Below, one piece after another: positions 39,673 through 50,100 of a stretch of DNA of 64,000 nt. Origin of the DNA: Puniceicoccales bacterium (GTDB lineage: Bacteria; Verrucomicrobiota; Verrucomicrobiia; Opitutales; UBA9783); NCBI GenBank assembly GCA_031283895.1, contig JAITAV010000024.1, positions 10,980-74,979 on the forward strand. The letters run 5' to 3'. A program made the position numbers and the translations under genes. The notes beneath the pieces are model-generated. The model was not told where the DNA came from. It worked only from the letters and a program-made list of their open reading frames with translations, and made no database searches. The stretch's first letter is position 1. Every line of letters starts with the position of its first letter.

Positions 39673-40491
39673 TTATTTTTGCACTTTAGGACCTTTGGCA
39701 CAAAAGACAAACTTAAAAGCATATTTTTTAAGAAAAGGGAATACGTCATCCAGCCTATCCACCCACTTTGCCGTGTAAGCTTCTCCAATTAAGTACTTTA
39801 AAAACGGTCCCATAAATGCAAACGTACCGCAGTATTCGATTTCAAACGACTGAAAACGAGATCGTATCTTATCCAGCGTCGGTTTTTTAGGTACCCCTGT
39901 AACGGTTTGTTTAGTGGTGTAATGAAACCAGTAATTGAGCTGACGCTTTAAGTTGAATAAGGGGTTATATCCGTAGGTATCTACTGCGATAAAGGCACCA
40001 TCCGGTTTGAGCCAACGGCATATTTTTTCCAGCACGACATCGAGATTTAAATACGATAAGCTCCCCGACATGCAAATCATGTCGAAAAATTCATCTTTAA
40101 ACTGGCACTGTTCTGAATCACCTACTTCAAAGCGGAGATTTGAGAGCTGTCTTTTTTTTAATTCCCTGACGGCAACCTGAATGCTTTCTGCTGAATAATC
40201 AACACCCAATACGGTCCCATGAATCAGTTCTGCAATACGGAAGGTAAATTCTCCCATGCCACAACAAAGGTCAAGTACTTGGATGGGTCTCGGTAGTAAA
40301 GATCCGCAGCGGTGTATCATCGTCTCGTAGATACGGTACGGTTTTTGCAAGTATTTTGGGAAAGCACCCATGGAAAAACGACAACTGCCTATATTTTTCA
40401 AAGATTGCTTTTGATACCAAACTTTTTCGTCATTTTTTTCACTGTCCGACAATTGCATATGATATTGTTTACATAGACTGCTTCTCACCAT
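39673..40491 (-). CDS. class I SAM-dependent methyltransferase
   Basis: Motif I VLDLCCGMGEFTFRIAE, then GVDYS and FDMICMSGSL. First gene of the long minus-strand operon. Confidence 0.75.
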   Translation of the reverse strand: MVRSSLCKQYHMQLSDSEKNDEKVWYQKQSLKNIGSCRFSMGAFPKYLQKPYRIYETMIHRCGSLLPRPIQVLDLCCGMGEFTFRIAELIHGTVLGVDYSAESIQVAVRELKKRQLSNLRFEVGDSEQCQFKDEFFDMICMSGSLSYLNLDVVLEKICRWLKPDGAFIAVDTYGYNPLFNLKRQLNYWFHYTTKQTVTGVPKKPTLDKIRSRFQSFEIEYCGTFAFMGPFLKYLIGEAYTAKWVDRLDDVFPFLKKYAFKFVFCAKGPKVQK

Positions 40492-40731
40492 GGCAACACT
40501 AAATAGACTTTTTTAGAAGTCGATCCTATGGCTTCCTAATTTTACACACCACAATAAAAAAGTAGGTTAGCAAACAAATCAACTGATATCCCTCCACAAT
40601 TTTTAAAACTTTTAGCTTGAAAAAAATTTTTTCTAACGCTAACATTATTAAAATGCTCCTGGTGATAGATGAAAAGCTATGGGCAGTTTTATCAAAAATA
40701 ATAATTCTAATATGAGAAAATCGAGGTTTTT

Positions 40732-43137
40732 ATGAAAAGGTTCTTACTTCCTCTCGTCGGATTTCTACTCGGCAATCTAAGTGTTTTTGCAGGTGAAGCC
40801 GACTTAATCGTTCCGAACATCAGACAGGCGAGTCCAGGCAACTATACGCTTTTGCTCGTGGGTCTCTTCATTTCTGTCGTCGGTGTCATTTTTGGGTTCC
40901 TTGAATTTTCAAAAATTCAAAAATTGGAAGTTCACAAAAAAATGGCAGATGTCGGAAACACCATCTTTGAAACCTGCAAGACGTACCTCATTCAACAAGG
41001 TAAGTTCCTTGTTCTTTTGGAAATTTTAATTGGGCTGTGCATTGCATTCTACTTTGGTTACCTGCAAAAAATGGAGACCACCAATGTAGCCATCATTTTA
41101 GCCTGGTCTGTGATCGGTATTATGGGATCCTACTTTGTTGCGTGGTTCGGTATTCGCATGAACACTTTGGCCAACGCACGCACGGCATTTGCTTCACTCA
41201 AAGGAGATCCTTTAAATTTACTTAATATCCCACTTAAAGCGGGTATGAGTATCGGAGTTTTACTCGTTTCAGTAGAATTGATTATGATGCTAACGATTCT
41301 ACTTTTTGTTCCCGGGCATATTGCGGGCGCCTGTTTTGTCGGTTTTGCCATCGGAGAAAGTTTAGGCGCTTCTGCATTGCGCGTTGCGGGAGGTATTTTC
41401 ACAAAAATAGCCGATATTGGTTCCGACTTAATGAAAATCCAATTTAAAATTAAGGAAGATGATCCCAGAAATCCAGGTGTTATCGCCGACTGCACCGGAG
41501 ATAACGCAGGAGATTCCATTGGACCTACGGCGGATGGATTTGAAACTTACGGTGTAACGGGTGTTGCCTTGGTAAGTTTCATTTTATTGGGTGTAAACCT
41601 TGAACATCAGGTACAATTGCTCACCTGGATCTTCACCATGCGATTTTTAATGATTGCCACTTCCGTCATTGCCTATTGGATTAACGGGTCCATCTCTAAA
41701 TCGTACGCCCAAAATACAAAAAAATTTGACTGCGAAAAACCGCTCACAAATCTTGTCTGGTTGACATCCGTTCTGTCCATTGTAATGACATTTGGCGTCA
41801 GTTACTTCTTGCTCAATCAATTGGAGAACAATTTGTGGCTTACGCTCTCTTTGATTATTTCGTGTGGGACTTTGGGATCTGCCCTTATCCCAGAATTTAC
41901 GAAGATATTTACTTCTCCAAAGGCTAAACATACGGAAGAAGTGGTAACCGCATCCCGCGAGGGTGGATCATCGTTAACGATTTTGTCAGGCCTTGTGTCG
42001 GGTAATTTTTCTGCATTTTGGACAGGTATGGTCATCGTATTTCTCATGGGCTTGGCTTATTTTGCAAGCACGTTTATTCCGGAGGCTGCCATGATTTATC
42101 CGTCTGTATTTGCTTTTGGATTGGTTGCATTCGGATTTTTGGGTATGGGCCCCGTTACCATTGCCGTTGATTCCTACGGCCCGGTTACGGATAATGCGCA
42201 ATCGATCTACGAATTGTCTCTCATTGAAGAAACTCCCAATGTCGTGGAAGAAATTCAAAAAGAGTATGGATTTAAACCCAATTTCGACATCGCCAAAGAT
42301 TATCTTGAAGCCAATGATGGTGCAGGAAATACGTTTAAAGCAACCTCAAAACCGGTTCTCATCGGTACGGCGGTTGTCGGTGCAACCACCATGATTTTTT
42401 CTTTAATCTTGGTCATTAAAAATACACTCGGTATCCAACCGGAAACGGTACTCAACGTGCTCAATCCTTACACGATTCTCGGATTGCTTACGGGAGGCGC
42501 CGTTATCTATTGGTTTTCTGGCGCTTCGTTGCAAGCCGTTACTACGGGAGCCTACAGGGCAGTTGAATTTATCAAAAATCACATAAAATTAGGTGAAAAA
42601 GATGAAAAATCTGCCAATCTAGCAAACTCAAAAGAAGTTGTTAAAATCTGTACGCAGTATGCCCAAAAGGGTATGGGGAATATTTTTGTCGCCCTGTTTG
42701 CATTTGCATTGTCATTTGCTTGCCTGTCAGCGCCTGTTATCAATAACGACTCTGTATCGTTTTTCGTGAGCTATTTAATTGGCATTGCACTCTTTGGACT
42801 CTTTCAGGCGTTATTTATGTCCAATGCAGGTAGTTGCTGGGACAATGCGAAGAAAATTGTTGAATGCGATTTGAAAGAAAAAGGAACGGACCTTCACGCC
42901 GCAACTGTGGTCGGCGATACGGTCGGGGATCCATTCAAAGATACTTCGTCCGTTGCCATGAACCCCATTATTAAATTCACGACGCTGTTTGGCCTTTTGG
43001 CAATGGAAATCGCCATTAGCGAATCCTTTAAGGATATGGCCTCCACAGCTGGCTGGATCTTACTTGGCGTAGCACTTGTATTTGTTTATCGCTCATTCTA
43101 CGCCATGAGAATTCCTCAAAAAGGCAAGGAAAAGTAA
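40732..43137 (+). CDS. hppA: membrane-bound ion-translocating pyrophosphatase
   Basis: GAGG RBS. DCTGDNAGDSIGPTADGFETYG, GDTVGDPFKDTSSVAMNPIIKF. GNTFKATSK has Lys where K+-dependent enzymes carry Ala, suggesting the K+-independent type. Confidence 0.95.
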   Translation: MKRFLLPLVGFLLGNLSVFAGEADLIVPNIRQASPGNYTLLLVGLFISVVGVIFGFLEFSKIQKLEVHKKMADVGNTIFETCKTYLIQQGKFLVLLEILIGLCIAFYFGYLQKMETTNVAIILAWSVIGIMGSYFVAWFGIRMNTLANARTAFASLKGDPLNLLNIPLKAGMSIGVLLVSVELIMMLTILLFVPGHIAGACFVGFAIGESLGASALRVAGGIFTKIADIGSDLMKIQFKIKEDDPRNPGVIADCTGDNAGDSIGPTADGFETYGVTGVALVSFILLGVNLEHQVQLLTWIFTMRFLMIATSVIAYWINGSISKSYAQNTKKFDCEKPLTNLVWLTSVLSIVMTFGVSYFLLNQLENNLWLTLSLIISCGTLGSALIPEFTKIFTSPKAKHTEEVVTASREGGSSLTILSGLVSGNFSAFWTGMVIVFLMGLAYFASTFIPEAAMIYPSVFAFGLVAFGFLGMGPVTIAVDSYGPVTDNAQSIYELSLIEETPNVVEEIQKEYGFKPNFDIAKDYLEANDGAGNTFKATSKPVLIGTAVVGATTMIFSLILVIKNTLGIQPETVLNVLNPYTILGLLTGGAVIYWFSGASLQAVTTGAYRAVEFIKNHIKLGEKDEKSANLANSKEVVKICTQYAQKGMGNIFVALFAFALSFACLSAPVINNDSVSFFVSYLIGIALFGLFQALFMSNAGSCWDNAKKIVECDLKEKGTDLHAATVVGDTVGDPFKDTSSVAMNPIIKFTTLFGLLAMEIAISESFKDMASTAGWILLGVALVFVYRSFYAMRIPQKGKEK

Positions 43138-43277
43138 TGGATAGAATATTAAAAGACCACACTGCACATCCTTAGCTTGGATGTGTGGGTGTATAAGGTT
43201 TATAGATACGCCCATATAATTGGCAAAATCATTTTGCAAGTGTTGTTGGTCAATTGCTTCGTAAAATCATTAAATGA

Positions 43278-43778
43278 CTATTTAAAAAATAATATAACTT
43301 CGGAAGACCAATCGACATTATGATTGGACGAGATGAGGTGTTTGCCCCGCAAAGAAGCTTCGGAGGGTGATAATTGCTCTCTTACGAGCAGAAAAATATC
43401 AGACAATCCATTTTCATGGAGTTCATCCGCATCAAATTCGCAGAAACAAATTTTATCAGGATTATGGTCCATGGCCGTATATCCTGTAACATCTTTTCCA
43501 GTTAAAGTAGCCGTAAAAATTGCACGCAAATTGCCGAGATGTAGGCACTGATCTTTTTGTAAAAAAGGTGGGAAATAGCCGTAATGCTCCTTGTAAGCCA
43601 ATAATCCTTGGCGATAACGTAAACATTGAACCTGCGTTTTCAACGTCAGTGCACGATTTTTTAAATGCGTCCCGACTGGAAAAACAAATCCCATGAAGGC
43701 CATCATAATTGTTAGCACAATTATCACTTCGATCAATGTAAAAGCTTGTCGATGGTGAATCATACCAAAAGTTATCAA
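43278..43778 (-). CDS. prepilin-type N-terminal cleavage/methylation domain protein (pseudopilin-like)
   Basis: HRQAFTLIEVIIVLTIMMAF matches the FTLIE class III signal, with Ala instead of Gly at -1. Confidence 0.7.
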   Translation of the reverse strand: MITFGMIHHRQAFTLIEVIIVLTIMMAFMGFVFPVGTHLKNRALTLKTQVQCLRYRQGLLAYKEHYGYFPPFLQKDQCLHLGNLRAIFTATLTGKDVTGYTAMDHNPDKICFCEFDADELHENGLSDIFLLVREQLSPSEASLRGKHLISSNHNVDWSSEVILFFK

Positions 43779-44016
43779 AAAGAAAGTAGCGCTCGCAGAC
43801 TTTCAATTAACAACCATAATCCCAAAATGGAACTTAGAAAAATGGATATTAACTTTAATACCCATCGCATATTTTCACGTCCACGTGACTCATATTTACC
43901 GAGACGAATTGTCTGCAAAGGTTCAAATGTTCGATCGGTTGAATATTTTGTGGGACAAGCATCGAAACAGCCAATATCTTTGCTCTTTTTTGAGCAACCC
44001 AAACGCCTAAATAGAC

Positions 44017-45015
44017 CTAACCGCATAGAGGAAACTGCACGTTGCACAAAATTCTTTCCAAACAAGGATTCAAAATAGCATTGTCCGTTGCAATAATGTA
44101 ACGTTGTCCCAGGTTGCTATGATCTTGCTCCACGATACAATCGGCTAATTTTTTCTGTGTGCTTTCTCTGACTTTGTTGGCGTTGAACAATAAGACAACT
44201 CCCTGGCAAAATCGTTGTAGTAAGCCTTTGCGGCGAATGATGGTGCCTCCATAAATAAGTTGCTCGTAGCCAAATAAAATTGCTTCAAGAATTTCTTGAG
44301 GAATTTCGTCACAACGGACAATAAGGCATTTGCCAAACATATTCGAATGAGCCACAAAACGCGCAATGCTTTGTGCAAAATCAAATGTTGTATTTTTCAA
44401 TAACAAAGAAGAGGCTATCGGCTTCATTTGTTCCAAAAAACGCATTTGTATTGAATTTAACGATTGAACTCTGCAAATGGTTTTGTCGACTACGCAATCC
44501 CGAAATTCTTTGGGGACTTCCGCCAACCAATCCAGACTTTTATTCCAGACATCTTCCGAATAAACACCTTCCAAAGAATAGTGCGACTCCATTTGAAAAA
44601 TTTTTGTTTCGATATGCAACGAAGTGGCCAACAGTAGCCAACAGTCCAGCAAACGATCACAGGCAGAAGGTGGTAACAAAAATGAAACCTCACGGTTACT
44701 TGTTTTGAAAAGGTGTTGATATTTATTTAAAGCCTCCTTTAAGTTATAAAAAATATCTTTGTAGATACTAATATTAGTTATGGGTAAAATGTGACGATCG
44801 ACTTGAATAGACGGCCAATGCGTTCGAATATACTGTTCTGTTAAAAATGCATTTAACTTCCAAAGCTGCAAACCAAATAAAATAACTTGGTCAAAAGGTT
44901 CCTCTTTAAGCAGCCGCACCAGCGGCCCAATCTTGTCCTGCTGGCCTGGACTGTAAGGATCCTGGAAAGAGGGAATCGCTAACACTATTCGGCAACCGGC
45001 ATTCTTTTTTGACAT
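44017..45015 (-). CDS. degenerate sigma54-activator-type AAA+ domain protein with unassigned N-terminal domain
   Basis: The C-terminal half aligns by eye to the bEBP core. HSNMFGKCLIVRCDEIPQEILEAILFGYE corresponds to HS.R...PF..vNC.AIP..L.ESELFGHE, and GVVLLFNAN to GGTLFLDEI. Walker A, Walker B DE and GAFTGA are all replaced, and no HTH follows. Confidence 0.45.
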   Translation of the reverse strand: MSKKNAGCRIVLAIPSFQDPYSPGQQDKIGPLVRLLKEEPFDQVILFGLQLWKLNAFLTEQYIRTHWPSIQVDRHILPITNISIYKDIFYNLKEALNKYQHLFKTSNREVSFLLPPSACDRLLDCWLLLATSLHIETKIFQMESHYSLEGVYSEDVWNKSLDWLAEVPKEFRDCVVDKTICRVQSLNSIQMRFLEQMKPIASSLLLKNTTFDFAQSIARFVAHSNMFGKCLIVRCDEIPQEILEAILFGYEQLIYGGTIIRRKGLLQRFCQGVVLLFNANKVRESTQKKLADCIVEQDHSNLGQRYIIATDNAILNPCLERILCNVQFPLCG

Positions 45016-45322
45016 TCTTTAACCACTTCTCGTTTTTTTCCTTTGTCACATTTTACGTGTGCACAACTGCCCACGTAAGTTACAATGAGCATTTATACTT
45101 TGCAAGTCATAAGCAATATAAAAATATCCCTTTTACCCATCAAGGCAAAATTTAAGATGACCCAGCATATTGAAAGTTACAGTGTACGTACGAACCTTGT
45201 TTGCCTGAATTACTTTGTGAGTAACGGCTTACTGTAACATTGATTCCTCTTTCTATTATATTTATATAAAGATTAAACTGGACGGATTTTTGTGCAAAGT
45301 GAAGTATAAATACAGAGGTATC

Positions 45323-47995
45323 ATGGAAGTTTTGAATAAAGTATACTATCCAGAAGACATTGAAAAAAAATGGAGTCAACGTTGGGAGGATGCACAATGT
45401 TTCTGCGCCAAATTCAATCATAAACCCGCTTTCAGCATTCTCATGCCACCTCCCAATGTAACAGGTATTCTGCACATGGGACACACACTCAACAACGTTA
45501 TCCAGGATATTCTGTGTCGTTGGGCTCGTATCCAAGGTAAAGAAGTCTTATGGATACCGGGAACCGATCATGCGGGCATTGCAACCCAAAGCAAAGTTGA
45601 AAAAGAATTGAATAAGGAGGGATTGTCTGCAAAAACTCTAGGGAGAGAAGCTTTCGTGCGTCGCGTACAAAATTGGAGAAATAAGCACGGCCACATTATT
45701 TGTGATCAACTTAAATCTTTAGGTGTCTCTTGCGATTGGTCTAGAGAAACCTACACATTAGATCCCCAATATTCTTGTGGAGTACTCACCGCTTTTGTAC
45801 GTCTTTATGAATCTGGGTACATTTACAAAGGCAAACGTCTTGTCCATTGGTGTCCGGTGTCCCAAACGGCACTCAGCGATGAAGAAGTTATCATGAAAAT
45901 CATTCCCGGGAAATTGTATACGTTTCTCTACAAAATAGTTGAGAAAGAAGACACTTTCATACCTATTGTAACCACACGTCCGGAAACCATCATGGGAGAT
46001 GTTGCCGTGGCCGTTCATCCCGAAGATCCACGCTATCAACACCTTGTAGGACTTCATTGTCAATGTCCATTTGCCGACAGAACAATTCCCATTATTGCCG
46101 ATAAAGCCGTTGAAAAAGACTTTGGAACAGGTGCGCTAAAAATAACGCCTGCTCACAGTTCTATTGATTTTGAAGTGGGTAAGCGCCATGAATTACCGCT
46201 CATAAATATTTTTAATCCAGACGCAACGCTTAATGAGCGAGGTGCGCCTTTTCAAGGCATGGATCGCTTTCAGGCGCAGGAAGCCGTCGTTGAGGCATTA
46301 AAATCCAAAGGATTATTGCAAAAGATTGAAGATTGTGAACATTCAGTCGGCCATTCAGAACGCAGCCATGTCCCCGTTGAACCGTATCTTTCGGAACAAT
46401 GGTTTTTGCGCTATCCAAAAGTTAAGGAAGCACAACAGTGCGTTGAAGAAGGATCCATTAATTTTTGGCCCAAGCGTTGGATAAAAACTTACCAACATTG
46501 GCTCAACAATATTCAAGATTGGTGTATCAGTCGACAACTGTGGTGGGGGCATCGCATCCCCGTTTGGTATCATAAAAAAGATCCTCAAAACGTGCATGTG
46601 TCCGTCGAAGGTCCTCAAGATCCGGAAAATTGGAATCAGGATCCCGACGTACTGGACACATGGTTTTCGGCTTGGTTATGGCCTTTCTGTACGGCGGGTT
46701 GGCCCAATAAAGAAGCCTTTAAAACAAACTATTTTGATCGTTTTTTCCCAAGCCACACACTGGTTTCTGGACCCGATATTTTATTTTTTTGGATCACAAG
46801 AATGATCATCGCGTCTCTGGAATTGCTGGAAGATCGCCCCATGTCACAACGTATACCTTTTCAAAATATCTACTTGACCGGAATTGTACGCGATTCCATA
46901 GGACGTAAAATGTCTAAAAGTCTGGGCAATTCCCCGGATCCTATCGATCTAATACATACGTACGGAGCCGATGGTGTGCGCATTGGCTTACTTTCAATTG
47001 CCCCTCAAGGTCAAGACATACGTTTTGACGCACATTTCTTAACACAAGGTCGCAATTTCTGTACAAAACTTTGGAATGCGTGTCGTTTTAGGCAAATGCA
47101 GGACGAGTGCATCTTGTATTCAAATTTACAAGATTTTATCGCCGCATTGAATCAAAGACCGTTGTCTTTGTACGATCAACATCTGCTCATCCGATTGCAT
47201 TCAACCCTACAAATGTTCGAAACTTATTTGAAAACATTCGAATTCAATGCGGCCATTAAACGGGTGCAACAATTTTTTAAAAATGAATTCTGCGACTGGT
47301 ATTTGGAGGTCCTAAAGTACATGCGTGAACAAGCGATTGGCAATCCGCTTGCCGTTCAAGATTTATGCTTACGTCAAGTCCTTATTATGCTATCTCCTTT
47401 CGCACCTTTCATTGCGGAGGAATTATGGGAACAATTGCAGTTCGGCAAAGGATTCATTCACGAAGCTGGTTGGGACCTCGCACCACTGCAAAACTTTATA
47501 CACCAATATTGCTCTCAGAATCTCAAACAAATTGAAACGATTGAAGTTTTGCGAGGTGTTGTAGGTGCTTTACGTTCTCTCAAGGCAGAATGCAAATTAA
47601 GTGCTTGCAAGCAAATTACGCTTTACGCTTGTTTACATGAAATATATGCAGAGACATTCAAACCGCATTGGAAACTTATTCAACGATTGGTTGGATTTCA
47701 AAATATTGAGTATTGCGATGCCTCTTCTTTTCCAATCACATCTGCGGCTACCATTACAACCTCATGGGGGACTTTTGCCTTGTTGACGGAACAAAGTATC
47801 CATAATTCTCACGACGAACGGCAACGTATTCAGAAGGATATTCGTGCACTTTCTGCACATATCGCCTCGGCAGAACGCAAGCTCAACAACGAAAATTTTA
47901 TCAATCACGCACCTCAAGAAATAATTGAAGGTGTAAAAAATTTGCTAAAAGATAACCTACGCAAACGTGAAGATCTTCAAAAGCTGTTGAAGTGA
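45323..47995 (+). CDS. valS: valine--tRNA ligase
   Basis: PPPNVTGILHMGH (HIGH), KMSKSLGN, class Ia editing-domain length, C-terminal coiled coil. Confidence 0.97.
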   Translation: MEVLNKVYYPEDIEKKWSQRWEDAQCFCAKFNHKPAFSILMPPPNVTGILHMGHTLNNVIQDILCRWARIQGKEVLWIPGTDHAGIATQSKVEKELNKEGLSAKTLGREAFVRRVQNWRNKHGHIICDQLKSLGVSCDWSRETYTLDPQYSCGVLTAFVRLYESGYIYKGKRLVHWCPVSQTALSDEEVIMKIIPGKLYTFLYKIVEKEDTFIPIVTTRPETIMGDVAVAVHPEDPRYQHLVGLHCQCPFADRTIPIIADKAVEKDFGTGALKITPAHSSIDFEVGKRHELPLINIFNPDATLNERGAPFQGMDRFQAQEAVVEALKSKGLLQKIEDCEHSVGHSERSHVPVEPYLSEQWFLRYPKVKEAQQCVEEGSINFWPKRWIKTYQHWLNNIQDWCISRQLWWGHRIPVWYHKKDPQNVHVSVEGPQDPENWNQDPDVLDTWFSAWLWPFCTAGWPNKEAFKTNYFDRFFPSHTLVSGPDILFFWITRMIIASLELLEDRPMSQRIPFQNIYLTGIVRDSIGRKMSKSLGNSPDPIDLIHTYGADGVRIGLLSIAPQGQDIRFDAHFLTQGRNFCTKLWNACRFRQMQDECILYSNLQDFIAALNQRPLSLYDQHLLIRLHSTLQMFETYLKTFEFNAAIKRVQQFFKNEFCDWYLEVLKYMREQAIGNPLAVQDLCLRQVLIMLSPFAPFIAEELWEQLQFGKGFIHEAGWDLAPLQNFIHQYCSQNLKQIETIEVLRGVVGALRSLKAECKLSACKQITLYACLHEIYAETFKPHWKLIQRLVGFQNIEYCDASSFPITSAATITTSWGTFALLTEQSIHNSHDERQRIQKDIRALSAHIASAERKLNNENFINHAPQEIIEGVKNLLKDNLRKREDLQKLLK

Positions 47996-48215
47996 GCGTT
48001 CGTTAAGATTTGGCTAGTTTTTCAAAGACAATATCTTTGAAAAATGTTATCAGCATCTCTAAGAATACGTTCTTGAAGGGTATTGAGAAATGCAACTGTA
48101 GGTTACGCAGACGAACAGGTAGGTAGCGGTTAGGTGTAGCGTGACAAATACAACCATACCATGCACGATCGATGGTCGTTGGAGGTAAAGGTTTTATTGC
48201 CGCGTGATTTGTAAC

Positions 48216-48244
48216 AAATAAAAAAACAGGGGCCTTTCGGCCCC
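48216..48244 (-). terminator. rho-independent terminator on the minus strand with no annotated gene upstream of it
   Basis: ggggcc-gaaa-ggcccc hairpin followed on the minus strand by tgtttttttatttg (T7). Confidence 0.6.
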
Positions 48245-48874
48245 ACCTAAAGATAACAAAATGATGTAAAATGATTTGTTAGTCTGTAGATAGGACCTTG
48301 TGCTTTTCTTTTCGTTCAAAAATTTTTATCGAAAATTTTATTTTACCGATCATGCGTTAAAATCTTTAAGTCCTATCAAGCACACAGCATCGATGGTCTT
48401 TGACAAGTTCGAAGGATCCAGAAGTCTTAAGGATGGATCGCAGTCACAAATGTTAGTGCTTGTTTTATTTAACGCAAAGTTTACTCATATTAGCAAAGCT
48501 GATTTTTCCACAGAATGTACCGTTTGGAGGTCGATGAATTCATAATATGCAGGTGTAAAAGCGCATATATTGTAATTTAGATTCAAATGGAGTTTATTTT
48601 GTTAAAATTTTCTCATGAACCTAGAAGACGTATTCTCCTAAAATGCCATTGAATTTAACAAAAACGTATAAGGCGAGGGGGCTGAACACAGCGGGACCGA
48701 ACTATTGCAGATGAAGTGTTTATGATTAGACCATCGACATTGGCCAAGATCTTACAAGATCAAAAAACGATACTTCCTTTTTGTAACATTCTTCCATCAC
48801 TCTCTTCTTACAAATTTATAAAAACGCAGTTGACTCCCACGGCCTTTTTCATTGTGTTGATGGTGGCAAGGTTT

Positions 48875-48950
<76 letters not shown>

Positions 48951-49682
48951 TTATTTGCAAAGGGTTCAGCGGTTTTTGAGCCCTTTTCATTTCGCCCTGT
49001 CTATGTAAAATTACGTGCCTAAAAAATGTCCGGAGCCAAGGAAAACAAGATACACAGAGATTTTTGCCCTGTAAAATCTCTTTATTAGCAAAGCGTGTTA
49101 TAGACGACGTTGTTTTGGATTACCTAAAATCATACCGTGCTGCTTCTTTAATTTCATAATAACGTATCATTTAAAATGTTTTCGCCTTATTATCTCCCAA
49201 ATCGCAGCGGTCACATTTTTCGTGCCGCCTAAGGATCTGATACGTTTCCTAAGCCCATCGCCGCTTCCTTGTAGCGCACGTCGGTTAAAATCCTGGAGAC
49301 CGCTCTTTGGATGTGGATATTAAAAGTACATCGAAGACTCCCATGTTTCCTTAAATGTAAAAAGAGATGTTTGCTGCTTTTCTCGATTTTTCGCCGTTGA
49401 AGAAATTTTTTCAATCTGAGCGACTTAATATTGTTGCATGAGCAATGGGATAAACGGATTATGAAACGATGGCAGGTCGCAATGTGTATCGTTAATGCGA
49501 TGGATAAGCATTATTGCTTACCCAAAATGCGTTTTTTTACGGGAAAACAAAATGCTGCCTCGGTCGAACACATCCTCTATGAGTTCAAGGCTTAATCGGG
49601 CTTCTTTCTGTGGTACATCTCAATAACTTAATTTCCTTAAATTTTTCTATTTTAAGCATTTACTTTTTTTCCAAATGGATGT

Positions 49683-50054
<372 letters not shown>

Positions 50055-50061
<7 letters not shown>

Positions 50062-50086
50062 AGAAAACTTGAGTTTTCTGAATAGG
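50055..50086. terminator. perfect 14-bp hairpin between rnpB and the convergent gene
   Basis: cctattcagaaaac-ttga-gttttctgaatagg. The 5' arm overlaps the 3' strand of rnpB P1. Followed by ttta. Confidence 0.55.
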
Positions 50087-50100
50087 TTTATGCAAGTAGC

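Noticed and set aside
43775-44065. 96-aa minus-strand ORF with a C-terminal TM helix whose stop overlaps the pseudopilin ATG (ATGA).
   Set aside because: Its 5' part overlaps the 3' end of the 44017..45015 gene and no clear RBS was seen. A short (31-aa, 43775-43870) membrane peptide remains possible but is unsupported.
45016-45322. Possible T-box leader upstream of valS (307-nt gap with inverted repeats gttacagt/actgtaac).
   Set aside because: The conserved T-box sequence (…GGTGGTACCGCG…) is absent and no terminator/antiterminator pair could be drawn.
45152-45535. 127-aa minus-strand ORF overlapping the valS start.
   Set aside because: It is antisense to a highly conserved gene, has no motif, and is typical of shadow ORFs. 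The same reasoning was applied to the many short antisense ORFs inside hppA, ugd, glgA, atpD, the 1002-aa gene and 30257..30676.
48018-48044. 11-bp AT-rich hairpin (tttttcaaaga-caata-tctttgaaaaa) just after the valS stop, as a valS terminator.
   Set aside because: The stem is almost entirely A/T and is followed by A residues rather than a T tract on the plus strand. It is at best a weak terminator, so it was not listed as a feature.
48676-48760. GGGGCTGA at 48676 resembles the 5' end of tmRNA.
   Set aside because: The following sequence does not match the tmRNA acceptor/pseudoknot pattern. No tRNA-like 3' end (T-arm plus CCA) occurs within 300-450 nt apart from tRNA-Phe itself.
49229-49414. 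Minus-strand 61-aa ORF downstream of tRNA-Phe whose tail (LHLRKHGSLRCTFNIHIQRAVSRILTDVRYKEAAMGLGNVS) loosely recalls the HxLRHTF...LGH box of tyrosine recombinases. This would suggest an integrase remnant and a degraded island carrying the CaaX genes.
   Set aside because: The spacing of the His/Arg residues does not fit the canonical motif, the catalytic Tyr region is absent, and the match is by eye only. No direct repeat of the tRNA 3' end was found. A tblastn or profile search would be needed before making the claim.
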